DNA from: Polyangiaceae bacterium
GTDB taxonomy: Bacteria > Myxococcota_A > Polyangia > Polyangiales > Polyangiaceae
Direction: 5' to 3'
NCBI GenBank assembly: GCA_044222475.1
Contig: JBGANF010000029.1
Span: 1 to 64,000, forward strand
Length of the DNA: 64,000 nt
The notes beneath the pieces were generated by a model. It did no database searches, was not told the DNA's origin, and was given only the letters and a program-made list of their open reading frames with translations. Below are positions 9,744 to 18,392 of this stretch, in pieces; within the stretch, counting starts at the first letter, position 1; each line of letters starts with the position of its first letter. Made by a program: the position numbers and the translations under genes.

Positions 9744-10724
9744 ATGGACTCGGCGCCGGTGCGTAGCCTTTCCGCGAGCGGTCGCGCGGTCGCGGGCCTC
9801 AGGGAGTTCTTCCTCCTCGAAGAGGCGCAGAAACACGCCCTCCGCCTGGCCGGTCCCCGGGGCGACCGCGCGCGCGAGCTCCACGAGGCGGCCACGTCGC
9901 GCCGCAAGTGCGCCGACGAGCTCGTGGGGCTCCCCGTGTTGCCAGCGTCGTTCGTGATCTACCGCGACGCGCTCCGTCTGTTCGCGCGCGCGCGCCAGCT
10001 CGATCGAGACGCCGAGACGCCGGAGGACGAAGCGCTCGCGCTCGACTCCCTCGGTGAGGAGATCGACCTACTCGACGAGGCGCGGCGCGTTCGGTTCCGC
10101 GCCACGTTCGATCGCCTCCGCGACGACGATCCGCTCGCCTTCGATCGCATCGTCGAGGGGGACGTCACCCGCATCCGCGAAGCGACCGACGACTTCTTCC
10201 GCTGGCTCGAAGGCACCGTCGATCCGCGGACCTTCGGCAAGCTCCGCGCGATGCGCATCCTGCGGATCGCCGGCGCGGTCGTGGCCATCCTGTTTCTGCT
10301 CCGCGCCGGGTTCCGGAAGATCTTCGCCCCGGCCGACATCGCGTACGGAAAGACCGTGACCGCGAGCAGCCGCTACCCCGGCACTCCCGATCCGCAGGGC
10401 CTCACCGACGGCGACACGCACGCGCTCGGCGTCCACACCACGGTCGAGGGGTCGCCGTGGATCACCGTGGACCTCGGCGGCAGCTACAAGGTGCGTACCA
10501 TCAAGGTCCACAACCGGACCGACTGCTGCCTGGACGAAGGCCTCGGCCTCATCGTCGAGGTCGGCGATCCCGGGGATCCGGCGCCCTTCACCGCGCAGCG
10601 GGCGGAGCACTTCGACGTCTGGGAGATCGACGCCGGCGGCAAGCAAGCGTCGACGGTTCACCTGCGACTTCCGCGCAACGGCTACATCGCGCTCGCGGAG
10701 CTCGAAGTGTTCGCTGACAAATGA
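9744..10724 (+). CDS. Single-pass membrane protein with C-terminal discoidin / F-type lectin domain
   Basis: TM IAGAVVAILFLL; LTDGD, HT..PWITVDLG, NRTDCC, LAELEVF. Confidence 0.8.
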   Translation: MDSAPVRSLSASGRAVAGLREFFLLEEAQKHALRLAGPRGDRARELHEAATSRRKCADELVGLPVLPASFVIYRDALRLFARARQLDRDAETPEDEALALDSLGEEIDLLDEARRVRFRATFDRLRDDDPLAFDRIVEGDVTRIREATDDFFRWLEGTVDPRTFGKLRAMRILRIAGAVVAILFLLRAGFRKIFAPADIAYGKTVTASSRYPGTPDPQGLTDGDTHALGVHTTVEGSPWITVDLGGSYKVRTIKVHNRTDCCLDEGLGLIVEVGDPGDPAPFTAQRAEHFDVWEIDAGGKQASTVHLRLPRNGYIALAELEVFADK

Positions 10725-12610
10725 ACCTCCTGCGAAAGCTCCGCGAGCCGCGGGTCCTGTTCTTCGTCCTGACGCTGCTCGGAGCGCTGGGCTTCGCGTT
10801 CTGGGTGTTGAAGCTCACGCTCGGCGGGATCTTCGAGAGCACCACCACGCTCGGCATCCACGATTGGGACACGCACACTGCGCATCGCTACATCCCGATG
10901 CTGCTGATGAAGCGCTACCACGAGGGACCGTGGTGGAGCCCGTGGTACTGCGGCGGCTACGCGTCGTGGGGCTACAGCGAGAGCGCGCCCGACGTCGTGT
11001 CGCCGTTCTTCCCGGTCTACTACTTCGCGTCGCTGCCGGTCGCGCTCCGCGTCGAGGTCGTCGGCACGACGGTGATCGCGCTCGTCGGTGCGTACCTCTT
11101 CGCCGCGAACCACACGCGCAGCGTCGCGGTGCGCGCGCTCGTCGCGGTGCTCTTCGCGATCAACGGGCGCTGGGCGCTGCAGACGGCGTCGGGTCACGCG
11201 TGGCACATGCAATACGCCTACATGCCGTGGGCGCTGTACTTCTTCGAGCGCGCGGTCACCGGGAAGATGCGCAACGCGTTCGTGAGCGGCGCGTTCCTCG
11301 CGATGATCGCCTATGCCGGCGGGATCTACCCGCTGCCGCACACGGCGCTGGCGCTCGTGGTGTACGCGTTCGCGATGGCGGTGGGCCAACGGAAGCTTCG
11401 TCCGATCGGCGCGATGACGGTGTCGGCGATCTGGGGCGTGCTGCTCGGCGCGCCGAAGCTGCTCGCCGTGCTCGACACGATGCGGCGCGCGCCTCGCACG
11501 ATCGACTCGATCGAGTTCATCGATCCGCGGCAGCTCTTCTTGATGATGGTGGACAAGGAGCAGGGCTTCAACCGCCCGCCCGCGAACATCGGCGCGCTGT
11601 CGTACGGCTGGCACGAGTTCGGGCTCTACGTCGGCCTCGCGGGGGCGCTCGTCCTCGGGATCGGGCTGTTCGCGCGCGGTGGCACCGGGAGCGGCGCGCT
11701 GCGGTTCACTGGGTTCGTGTTCTTGCTGCTCGGGTTCGGCGCGTTCCACGAGGACGCGCCGTGGGCGCTGCTCCACAAGATGCCGATCTTCAAGTCGCAA
11801 CACGTGCCGTCGCGGTTTCATCACCCGGCGGTGCTCTTGCTCGCGGTCGCGTTCGCGAACGCGTTCGAGCGGCGCGCGGGGCGGTGGCTGCGGTTGAGAC
11901 CGTGGCTCGATCTGCTCTTGCTCGCGCCGGTGGCGTGGATCGCGCTCGACATCGGCGCGGTGTCCAAGAAGATCCTCGCCGACGCGTTCACCCAGGTGCC
12001 GCCGCCCATCACCGAGGGCGCGGAGTTCCATCACGAGCGATACTCGCCCGTGAACTACGCCGTCCCGGATTGGGCTGCGCCGGTGTACCTCGCGACGCGC
12101 GCGAACGTCGGCGTCGTCGAGTGCTGGGCGGTGCCCAACGACTTCCCGCGCGGGGCGATCATCCAAGGAGCGCCGGAGTACAAGGGCGAGGTCTACGTCG
12201 CCAACGGTACGGGGGACGCGACGCTCACGTCGTGGACGCCGAACAGCGCGACGATCGAGGTGAAGAACGCGTCCCCCGGAGCGGTCGTCGTCTACAACAT
12301 GAACTGGGACCCGAGCTGGAAGGCGAACGGCGCACCGGCGATGGAGTGGAACCACGCGGTCGCTGCGCCGACGAAGAACGGGCACGAGGTCATCGAGCTG
12401 CGCTATCGACCGCGGACGTTGCCGCTGGGGATGGTGCTCTTCATGATCGCGATCGCGGGGCCGATCGCGGTGGGGGTGGTGCGTCGCCGGCGAAAGCGGG
12501 AGGGCGGCTCGACGCCCATCGAAGCGCCGCCGCCGCAAGACGCTCCATCACCTACCGCGGATGCTCCTGCCGCAGATGCTCCTCTCGCGGATCCTCCTCC
12601 ACCCGAGTGA
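10721..12610 (+). CDS. Polytopic membrane protein, YfhO-like GT-C glycosyltransferase
   Basis: DW, PWWSPWYCGG, YMPW, VPSRF, NWDPSWKA, IELRYRP followed by a terminal TM; ATGA overlap with the lectin gene. Confidence 0.65.
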   Translation: MNLLRKLREPRVLFFVLTLLGALGFAFWVLKLTLGGIFESTTTLGIHDWDTHTAHRYIPMLLMKRYHEGPWWSPWYCGGYASWGYSESAPDVVSPFFPVYYFASLPVALRVEVVGTTVIALVGAYLFAANHTRSVAVRALVAVLFAINGRWALQTASGHAWHMQYAYMPWALYFFERAVTGKMRNAFVSGAFLAMIAYAGGIYPLPHTALALVVYAFAMAVGQRKLRPIGAMTVSAIWGVLLGAPKLLAVLDTMRRAPRTIDSIEFIDPRQLFLMMVDKEQGFNRPPANIGALSYGWHEFGLYVGLAGALVLGIGLFARGGTGSGALRFTGFVFLLLGFGAFHEDAPWALLHKMPIFKSQHVPSRFHHPAVLLLAVAFANAFERRAGRWLRLRPWLDLLLLAPVAWIALDIGAVSKKILADAFTQVPPPITEGAEFHHERYSPVNYAVPDWAAPVYLATRANVGVVECWAVPNDFPRGAIIQGAPEYKGEVYVANGTGDATLTSWTPNSATIEVKNASPGAVVVYNMNWDPSWKANGAPAMEWNHAVAAPTKNGHEVIELRYRPRTLPLGMVLFMIAIAGPIAVGVVRRRRKREGGSTPIEAPPPQDAPSPTADAPAADAPLADPPPPE

Positions 12611-12613
12611 GCC

Positions 12614-13276
12614 CTACCGCGGGCGCTCGTCGAGTCGAATGAGTCCCCTCGCGCGCCATCCGACGCCACCGAGCCACGTCTTCGGCGCCACCGTGGGCAT
12701 CGCCTCGGACACCGGATCGACTTCGACGAAGCCGTCGAACCACCGCGCCGACGAGAACCGATCGAGGCCGCTGAGCCGCACGCCGTGTTTCTTCGCGTTC
12801 ATCAGCACGTAGACGATCGCGTTGCGGACTTCGCGAGGCGTCTTCAGCGCATGGCCGTGGTAGCGCTCTTTCCAAACCTGGCCTCGCACCGCGAGCACGC
12901 GGTTCACCGCGCGCGCCAGACGCGTGTTCAATCCGCGCATTCCGCGGGAAAGTGACTCCTTGTCACTCGCCTCGACGATCAGATGCACGTGATTCGTCTG
13001 CACCGAAAAGTGCACGATACGAAACGAATGGCCGAGAATCTTCGACCGCGCCGACGCCCCGATCGCGTCGCGCACGGCGACCGCGATGCTCTGTTCGCGA
13101 AACGACGGTAAACCCGCCCGCGCACGCAGCGTGACGTGCACCGGATGCGCCCGGCGATGCACGGGCCGGACGCGGTGCGGAACGCTGCGCCGTGGACCCG
13201 GCTTGCGACCTGCCCCAGGACGAGCGCCGCCGCGCTTGCCGCGAAGAGGAAGCTCGAGTTGAGGTGACGGGCACAT
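12614..13276 (-). mobile_element. Y1 (IS200-superfamily) HUH tyrosine transposase, RAYT-like
   Basis: HVTLR, FSVQTNHVHLIVE (HUH), GQVWKERY, YVLMN (catalytic Tyr); N-terminal RGGARPGAGRKP; no tnpB adjacent. Confidence 0.85.
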
Positions 13277-13318
13277 GATTGATTAGGGCAATCATGTGTC
13301 GCCATGCACCGAAGTCAA
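13272..13318 (-). promoter_or_regulatory. Putative sigma70-like promoter and perfect palindrome over the transposase start
   Basis: CACATGATTG-N7-CAATCATGTG at 13272-13298 covers the ATG; minus-strand TTGACT (13318-13313) -16 nt- CATGAT (13296-13291). Confidence 0.55.
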
Positions 13319-13585
13319 CCCCGGCGCATGCTCGGATTCGGGATAATGACCGGAGATGCCTGGCACATCTGACCGAGGAGTCGCGTAGCCGCGGTAAGTC
13401 GTAACATCGGGTTGACGGCCTCCCCTGAGGCGCCGCCTCGCGGCGCCGATTGGGGACGGCCCCTGCGGCGCGCCGCGCTTCGTGTACCCGAAGGGGTGCA
13501 GGCGAGCATGCCGCCGAGCACCGCAGGCGAGTGACGCGAGAATCGCGCGTGGAGGGGCACCCTCCCTCTCTCCATCTTCGGACTC

Positions 13586-13670
13586 GAAGCGGAACCGGAA
13601 GCGGAAGCAGAAGCGGAAGCGGAAGCGGAAGCGGAAGCGGAAGCGGAAGCGGAAGCAGAAGCGGAAGCGG
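13586..13670. repeat. (GAAGCG)n hexamer microsatellite, about 14 units
   Basis: Directly visible, with a few variant units (GAACCG, GAAGCA); begins 5 nt beyond the epimerase stop codon. Confidence 0.95.
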
Positions 13671-13675
13671 GTCGG

Positions 13676-14620
13676 TCAGCCGAACACTTCTCGCGCCACT
13701 TCCCGCACCGCCTGCTCCACCGCTTGATCCGACGTGAATCTCACTTTGAAGCCCAGCGCCGCCAGCTTGTCCGGCTTGATGCGCGAGAGCGGCACGTCAC
13801 CCGGCCAACCCTGCGAACCACCCGCGTACTCGATGCGCGCAGTCGGATGCGGCGATGCCGCGACGCACAGCTCGGCGATGCGCCGCACGCTCGTGATGTC
13901 CGGCGGGGCCAGGTTGTAGACGCGCAGGTTCCCTTCGCCCTTCTCGAACGCGTAGAGCACGCCGGCCGCGCAGTCCGACACGTGGAGGTACGGCTTCGCC
14001 TGGCGCCCATCGCCGAGGACGTCGAGGTACTCGGGGTGGGCTTTGATCTTCTTGCAGAAGTCGAGGATGGCGCCGTGCGTCCCGCGCGGACCGACGACGT
14101 TGCCGAAGCGGAGGATCGTCCCGGTCAGGCCGAAGCACTCGACGTACGCCGCGATGAGCGACTCGCCGGCGAATTTGCTTGCACCATACAATGAAATCGG
14201 GAGGTGCCCGAGATCCATCTCGCCGCACGGCTCGGTCACGTTGCCGTAGACGGTGCCGCTCGACGAGAAGACGAAGCTCTTCACGCCGTTGAGGCGCGCC
14301 GCTTCGAGCGAGTTGTACGTCGCGATGGTGCCCTGCTCGAGATCGAGCCGCGTGCGTTCCAGGCCCCATCGCGCCTCGGGGTTCGCGGCGAGATGAAAGA
14401 CGACGTCGTGCCCGGCCATCGCTTTGGTGAGCGACTCCAAGTCGAGCGCGTCGGCTTTGACGAGCTTGGCCTTGCCGCTCGTGAGATGCGTCTGGACGAA
14501 CGCCTCTTTGCCGACCGTCATGTTGTCGTAGATGGTGACCTCGGCGCCGCGTGAATCGACGAGGAGGTCGACGAGGTGGCTGCCGATGAACCCGGCGCCT
14601 CCGACGACGAATGCCTTCAT
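13676..14620 (-). CDS. NAD-dependent epimerase/dehydratase (extended SDR)
   Basis: GGAGFIGSH, FHLAA, SSGTVYG, YGASK, RFGNVVG. Confidence 0.92.
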   Translation of the reverse strand: MKAFVVGGAGFIGSHLVDLLVDSRGAEVTIYDNMTVGKEAFVQTHLTSGKAKLVKADALDLESLTKAMAGHDVVFHLAANPEARWGLERTRLDLEQGTIATYNSLEAARLNGVKSFVFSSSGTVYGNVTEPCGEMDLGHLPISLYGASKFAGESLIAAYVECFGLTGTILRFGNVVGPRGTHGAILDFCKKIKAHPEYLDVLGDGRQAKPYLHVSDCAAGVLYAFEKGEGNLRVYNLAPPDITSVRRIAELCVAASPHPTARIEYAGGSQGWPGDVPLSRIKPDKLAALGFKVRFTSDQAVEQAVREVAREVFG

Positions 14621-14672
14621 GGAGAGGAACCCTACTACCTTCGGGAATCAACCTCATCCACCGAGTGGCGGC

Positions 14673-15311
14673 CTATTTCGCAACCGTCACGGTGTCGCAG
14701 ACTCCGCGCGCGATGGTCAAGGGTCCCTTGCCGCCGGTGCCGTCGGTCTGGCACGTGTACACACCGCCGGGGACATGCTTCGCGTACCCGTAGTTCGTGA
14801 TGCTCGGCGAAATTTGCTTCCACTCCAGCACGTCGGCTGTGTCGGTCACGAACTCGATGTCCACCTTGATCGACGTCGACTTCTTTGCGTCCGCCAGGAG
14901 CTTCGTCTTCAATGCCGCGAAGTCGACGTTCTGCTTCACGATGAGCACGTCCGCGGCGACGAACTTGTCGGAGTCTTTATCCGACCCTCGCACCTTGATC
15001 GTCGGCTGCCACCCCGCAGACTGATCGACGTCCGCATCCGGCGGTGCCTTGAGCGACACCCCCTTGAAGTCGTCCGACTTCGGACCCAGGTCGTAGCTCA
15101 CGAAGCGCGGGATCATGGCCTTCGCGAGCTCTTCCGGCGGGAGCTTGTCGTCGAGCGGAGGGAGCTCCGTCGGCTTGGCCGCTGGCGTGCTCGCCGGTGC
15201 GGCAGCTGCGCTCACCGATGCCGCGGTCGTCGTCGTGGACGACGCGTCCTTCTTGCAGGCCACCATGACGATGGCGATGCCCAACCCCAAGAACCTGATG
15301 CGAGTGTTCAT
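14673..15311 (-). CDS. Lipoprotein of unknown function
   Basis: Start reassigned to MNTRIRFLGLGIAIVMVAC (lipobox), followed by an Ala/Thr/Pro linker. Confidence 0.7.
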   Translation of the reverse strand: MNTRIRFLGLGIAIVMVACKKDASSTTTTAASVSAAAAPASTPAAKPTELPPLDDKLPPEELAKAMIPRFVSYDLGPKSDDFKGVSLKAPPDADVDQSAGWQPTIKVRGSDKDSDKFVAADVLIVKQNVDFAALKTKLLADAKKSTSIKVDIEFVTDTADVLEWKQISPSITNYGYAKHVPGGVYTCQTDGTGGKGPLTIARGVCDTVTVAK

Positions 15312-15392
15312 GCTTTCCCTCCCGAGCGACCTACGCTCGCATACTCCGGCGACCGACGCCATCGTCATCGAATCGGCGATCGAGCTCCGATC

Positions 15393-17588
15393 TCACTCCA
15401 AGGTCACCAGATCGAGACGGGGCGCACCTTGAAGCAAGGGCGCCGGGCTCCCATCTCGGCTCACGAACGTCCCCACGTAGCGCTCGGTGCCGACGCGGTG
15501 CTTCAGCTCGACGTCGATCCGATACAGGTAGCCCTTCTTCCAGAGCTTCGACGAGAGCGACGGCGGGAACGCCATGTCGCGCTCGGTGGGATCGAGCGGG
15601 AGGAAGCTCATGCGCTTCGGCTTGTCGACGATGGAGCGCACCGAGAACGTCGTGTCGCCGGGGGTCGGGCCGCCGGCTTCGAACCAGCACTCGAGGGTGG
15701 GCTTGGCGCCGTGCGTGACCCGAATGCCGATGAGCCGGTGATCGCCGGAGAAATGCGCGGTGTGCGTGCGATCGATCTCGGTCTCGATCTCTTCGCGCAG
15801 CTTCTCGGCGCCGGCCGCGTCGCCTCGCGCGATGGCCATGTTGTGCGCGATGCGGCGCTCGTCGAGGGTGGACGGCGCCTGCGTCGGCGGAGTCGTCGGT
15901 TGCCCGAGGTGATCGCGCCACTCCCACGTGAGGAACGGATCGGGCACGTCGTCGACGCGTCGTACCGGCTCCGTGTTGTACGCAAAGAAGCCTTCGAAGA
16001 AGCCCGGCTCGCGCTCGTGGAGCGAGTACGCGTCGAGCGGTGCGGGTGCGAGATCGTCGCGGCTGACCAGGATGACGTCGCCGTAGAAGCGGAGGTGGTG
16101 CGCCGTGGCGAGGGCCTTCATCTCGTCGGCGCCCATGCCGCTGCCGCGCGCGACCCAGAACGGGTACGCGGCCGACGGTTCGTTGGCCGGCTGCCCCATC
16201 CCCTTGATGGCCCACTGGTGCTCCCAGCCCCACTGCGTCCCGGGGTGGACTCCGACGATCTCGCCGGTGTGCAGCTTCGGCCGCACGAGCTCGGCGAGGA
16301 GCCAGTTCAGATCGACGTGGCTGCGGAAGAGCGACCCCTTGTCGTTGAAGCGGCCCCCGGTCTGGCGGAAGATCACGACGCCGCGGACGGCGTCGGGGAA
16401 GAGCGCGATCGACGGGAGGATGCCGAGCACCACCGTGAGCGCGATCGCCGCGCGCGTCACGTTGACGGTGCTCGCGCCGGCGCGGGTCGCGACGAAGGTC
16501 GCGCCGTCCTTGGCGGTGGCTGCGATCTGCGCCATCGCGAGCGCGAAGTAGAGCGCGAAGTAGTGCGGCCAGAAGATGTGGACGTCGGCGCCGCCTTTGA
16601 AGCCGAGGTATTGCCCGGTCGCGCCGAAGAGCACCGCGAGCGAGAGCACCTCTTCGTCGCGGCGGCGCACCAAGAAGCGCACCACCGCGATCGGCAGCGC
16701 GATCTTTCCGATCGCGATCGCGAACGGCGTGAAGCTGAACTCGATCCACGACGCGCGGGACTGGAGGACGAGCGCGAGCGGGACCGACTCGGCGCCGCCG
16801 CGCGACTCGGCGCTGGCGAGCCAGTCACTCAGTTTGTCGGCGTGCTTGAAGAGGCCGACGGTGACGAGCAGCGTGAGCACCGCGACCGAGACGGAGAGCG
16901 CCCACCACCGGTGGTACGTCGAGCGAATCGGCGGCGTGGCCGCCGCGGGGAGGACGTACGCGCGAAGCAGCGCCCACCCGAGGAGCGGCGCGAGGATGAG
17001 GTATCCGGCCCAATCGCCGAAGCACGCGAAGAGCGCGCCGACGAGGCTCCACGCGAGGTGACGTCCGCGGCCGGACTCCTGGTACGCGAGGTGACCCCAG
17101 AAGAAGAGGACCGCGCCGAAGATGACCATGACCTCGAGGCTGGCGAAGCACGAGTAGCCCACGGTGATCGGAAGCACGACGAACCCGATCGCCGCGGCCG
17201 CGCCGGAGAGCGGCCCGCCGATGCGACGGCCGATGCCGTAGAGCAGGGGAGGCGTCGCGGTGCTCATGAAGACCGCGGGGAGCGCGATCACGAAGTCGCG
17301 GTGGGGGAAGAACCGCGCGCAGATGGCGGCGGCCCAGTGGACGCCGAACGGGTGATGGCAGTACGCGTGATCGACCGGCGGAGGGACGGCGGCGTACCAG
17401 TCCCAGAGCGGGTAGATGGTGTGCCACTTCACCATGTGCTCGCCGAACATCGACGTCGCCGCGCCGCTCGATCCGAGGTGCCCGCCGCCCGGCGTCGCGT
17501 CGACGCCCCAGAGCGCGGTCCCGAGGAACCACAGCGTCGCGAGCCAGGTGAGGCCCAACGCGACACGCTCGATCGGCGGGCGCTGCAT
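15393..17588 (-). CDS. Polytopic membrane protein, GT-C family 39-like glycosyltransferase with soluble C-terminal domain
   Basis: YCHHPFG, LLYGIGRR, SLE, DWAGY, many TMs; start chosen at MQRPPIER (upstream TTG at 17627 is possible). Confidence 0.7.
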   Translation of the reverse strand: MQRPPIERVALGLTWLATLWFLGTALWGVDATPGGGHLGSSGAATSMFGEHMVKWHTIYPLWDWYAAVPPPVDHAYCHHPFGVHWAAAICARFFPHRDFVIALPAVFMSTATPPLLYGIGRRIGGPLSGAAAAIGFVVLPITVGYSCFASLEVMVIFGAVLFFWGHLAYQESGRGRHLAWSLVGALFACFGDWAGYLILAPLLGWALLRAYVLPAAATPPIRSTYHRWWALSVSVAVLTLLVTVGLFKHADKLSDWLASAESRGGAESVPLALVLQSRASWIEFSFTPFAIAIGKIALPIAVVRFLVRRRDEEVLSLAVLFGATGQYLGFKGGADVHIFWPHYFALYFALAMAQIAATAKDGATFVATRAGASTVNVTRAAIALTVVLGILPSIALFPDAVRGVVIFRQTGGRFNDKGSLFRSHVDLNWLLAELVRPKLHTGEIVGVHPGTQWGWEHQWAIKGMGQPANEPSAAYPFWVARGSGMGADEMKALATAHHLRFYGDVILVSRDDLAPAPLDAYSLHEREPGFFEGFFAYNTEPVRRVDDVPDPFLTWEWRDHLGQPTTPPTQAPSTLDERRIAHNMAIARGDAAGAEKLREEIETEIDRTHTAHFSGDHRLIGIRVTHGAKPTLECWFEAGGPTPGDTTFSVRSIVDKPKRMSFLPLDPTERDMAFPPSLSSKLWKKGYLYRIDVELKHRVGTERYVGTFVSRDGSPAPLLQGAPRLDLVTLE

Positions 17589-17668
17589 CGCGGGTCGGAC
17601 GATACTCGACGCCGCGATGCGGCCCAAGGAAGATCACGGGGTGCGTTGGGGGAGCTATCCTTGCGGGT

Positions 17669-17965
17669 GTGAGGAGCCACCACGACGCCGATGCTCGTAG
17701 CCTCGCGCTGCACGCCGAGGTCGCGAAGATTCTCGCGAACGACCCCTCGATTCGCGATCGGGCACGACTCCGCCTCGCGCGTCTTCACGCCGAATACCGC
17801 GACGCCTGGGAGAGACTCCTCGACGGATCGCTCGACGAGCTCCTCGCCACCCTCGTCGATCCGTCGCCGCGCGCGACTGCGCTTCGGCAAGCGAGCCCGT
17901 TCAGCTTCGCGCTCGATCACGCCACGCGCTGGAGGATCCTCCGGGCGACCCGGACGCAGCCGTGA
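17669..17965 (+). CDS. Small protein, antitoxin-like partner of the downstream nucleotidyltransferase-fold gene
   Basis: RSLALH...W..LL....LRQASPF pattern; GTGA overlap with the next gene. Confidence 0.55.
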   Translation: MRSHHDADARSLALHAEVAKILANDPSIRDRARLRLARLHAEYRDAWERLLDGSLDELLATLVDPSPRATALRQASPFSFALDHATRWRILRATRTQP

Positions 17966-18373
17966 AGCGCGTCGACCTGGAGCACTCGACATCCATCCCC
18001 GGCACAAGCCGGAGCTCGCGGACATGATCGACGGAGCGATCGGGGAGCTGTCGTTCTTTCACGACGAGTTCGGCTACTACGCCCAAGGTGTCGGTCCGAC
18101 GACCGCGGTGCTGCCCGCGGGTTGGGAAGGTCGCTTCGTCAAGGTCGAGAACGAGAACACTCGCGGAGCGATCGGTCTCTGCCTCGAGATCCACGATCTC
18201 CTGGCGGCCAAGTCGTCGCCGGTCGGGAGAAGGACCGGCGTTTCGCGCGCGATGCGCTTCGGTTGGGTCTCGCCGATCGTGAGACTCTGCTCGCGCGCAT
18301 CGATGCGCTACCGGTGGACGCCGCTCGACGAGAGGGGCTTCGGAGCGACGTCCGAGTGGACGCCGCGAGCTGA
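17962..18373 (+). pseudogene. Disrupted DUF6036-like nucleotidyltransferase
   Basis: MKRVDLEH start; after a frame change DIHPRHKPELADMIDGAIGELSFFHDEFGYYAQGVG...CLEIHDLLAAK; after a second frame change VAGREKDRRF to the stop at 18373. Confidence 0.7.
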
Positions 18374-18392
18374 ACCGATCGGACCTCGAGCG

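Noticed and set aside
13396..13406. AAGTCGTAACA, matching the conserved 3' region of 16S rRNA
   Set aside because: Only 11 nt match and the flanks do not resemble rRNA; likely chance
13450..13737. ORFs encoding poly-SG or poly-KR tracts
   Set aside because: Translations of the hexamer microsatellite, with no other coding evidence
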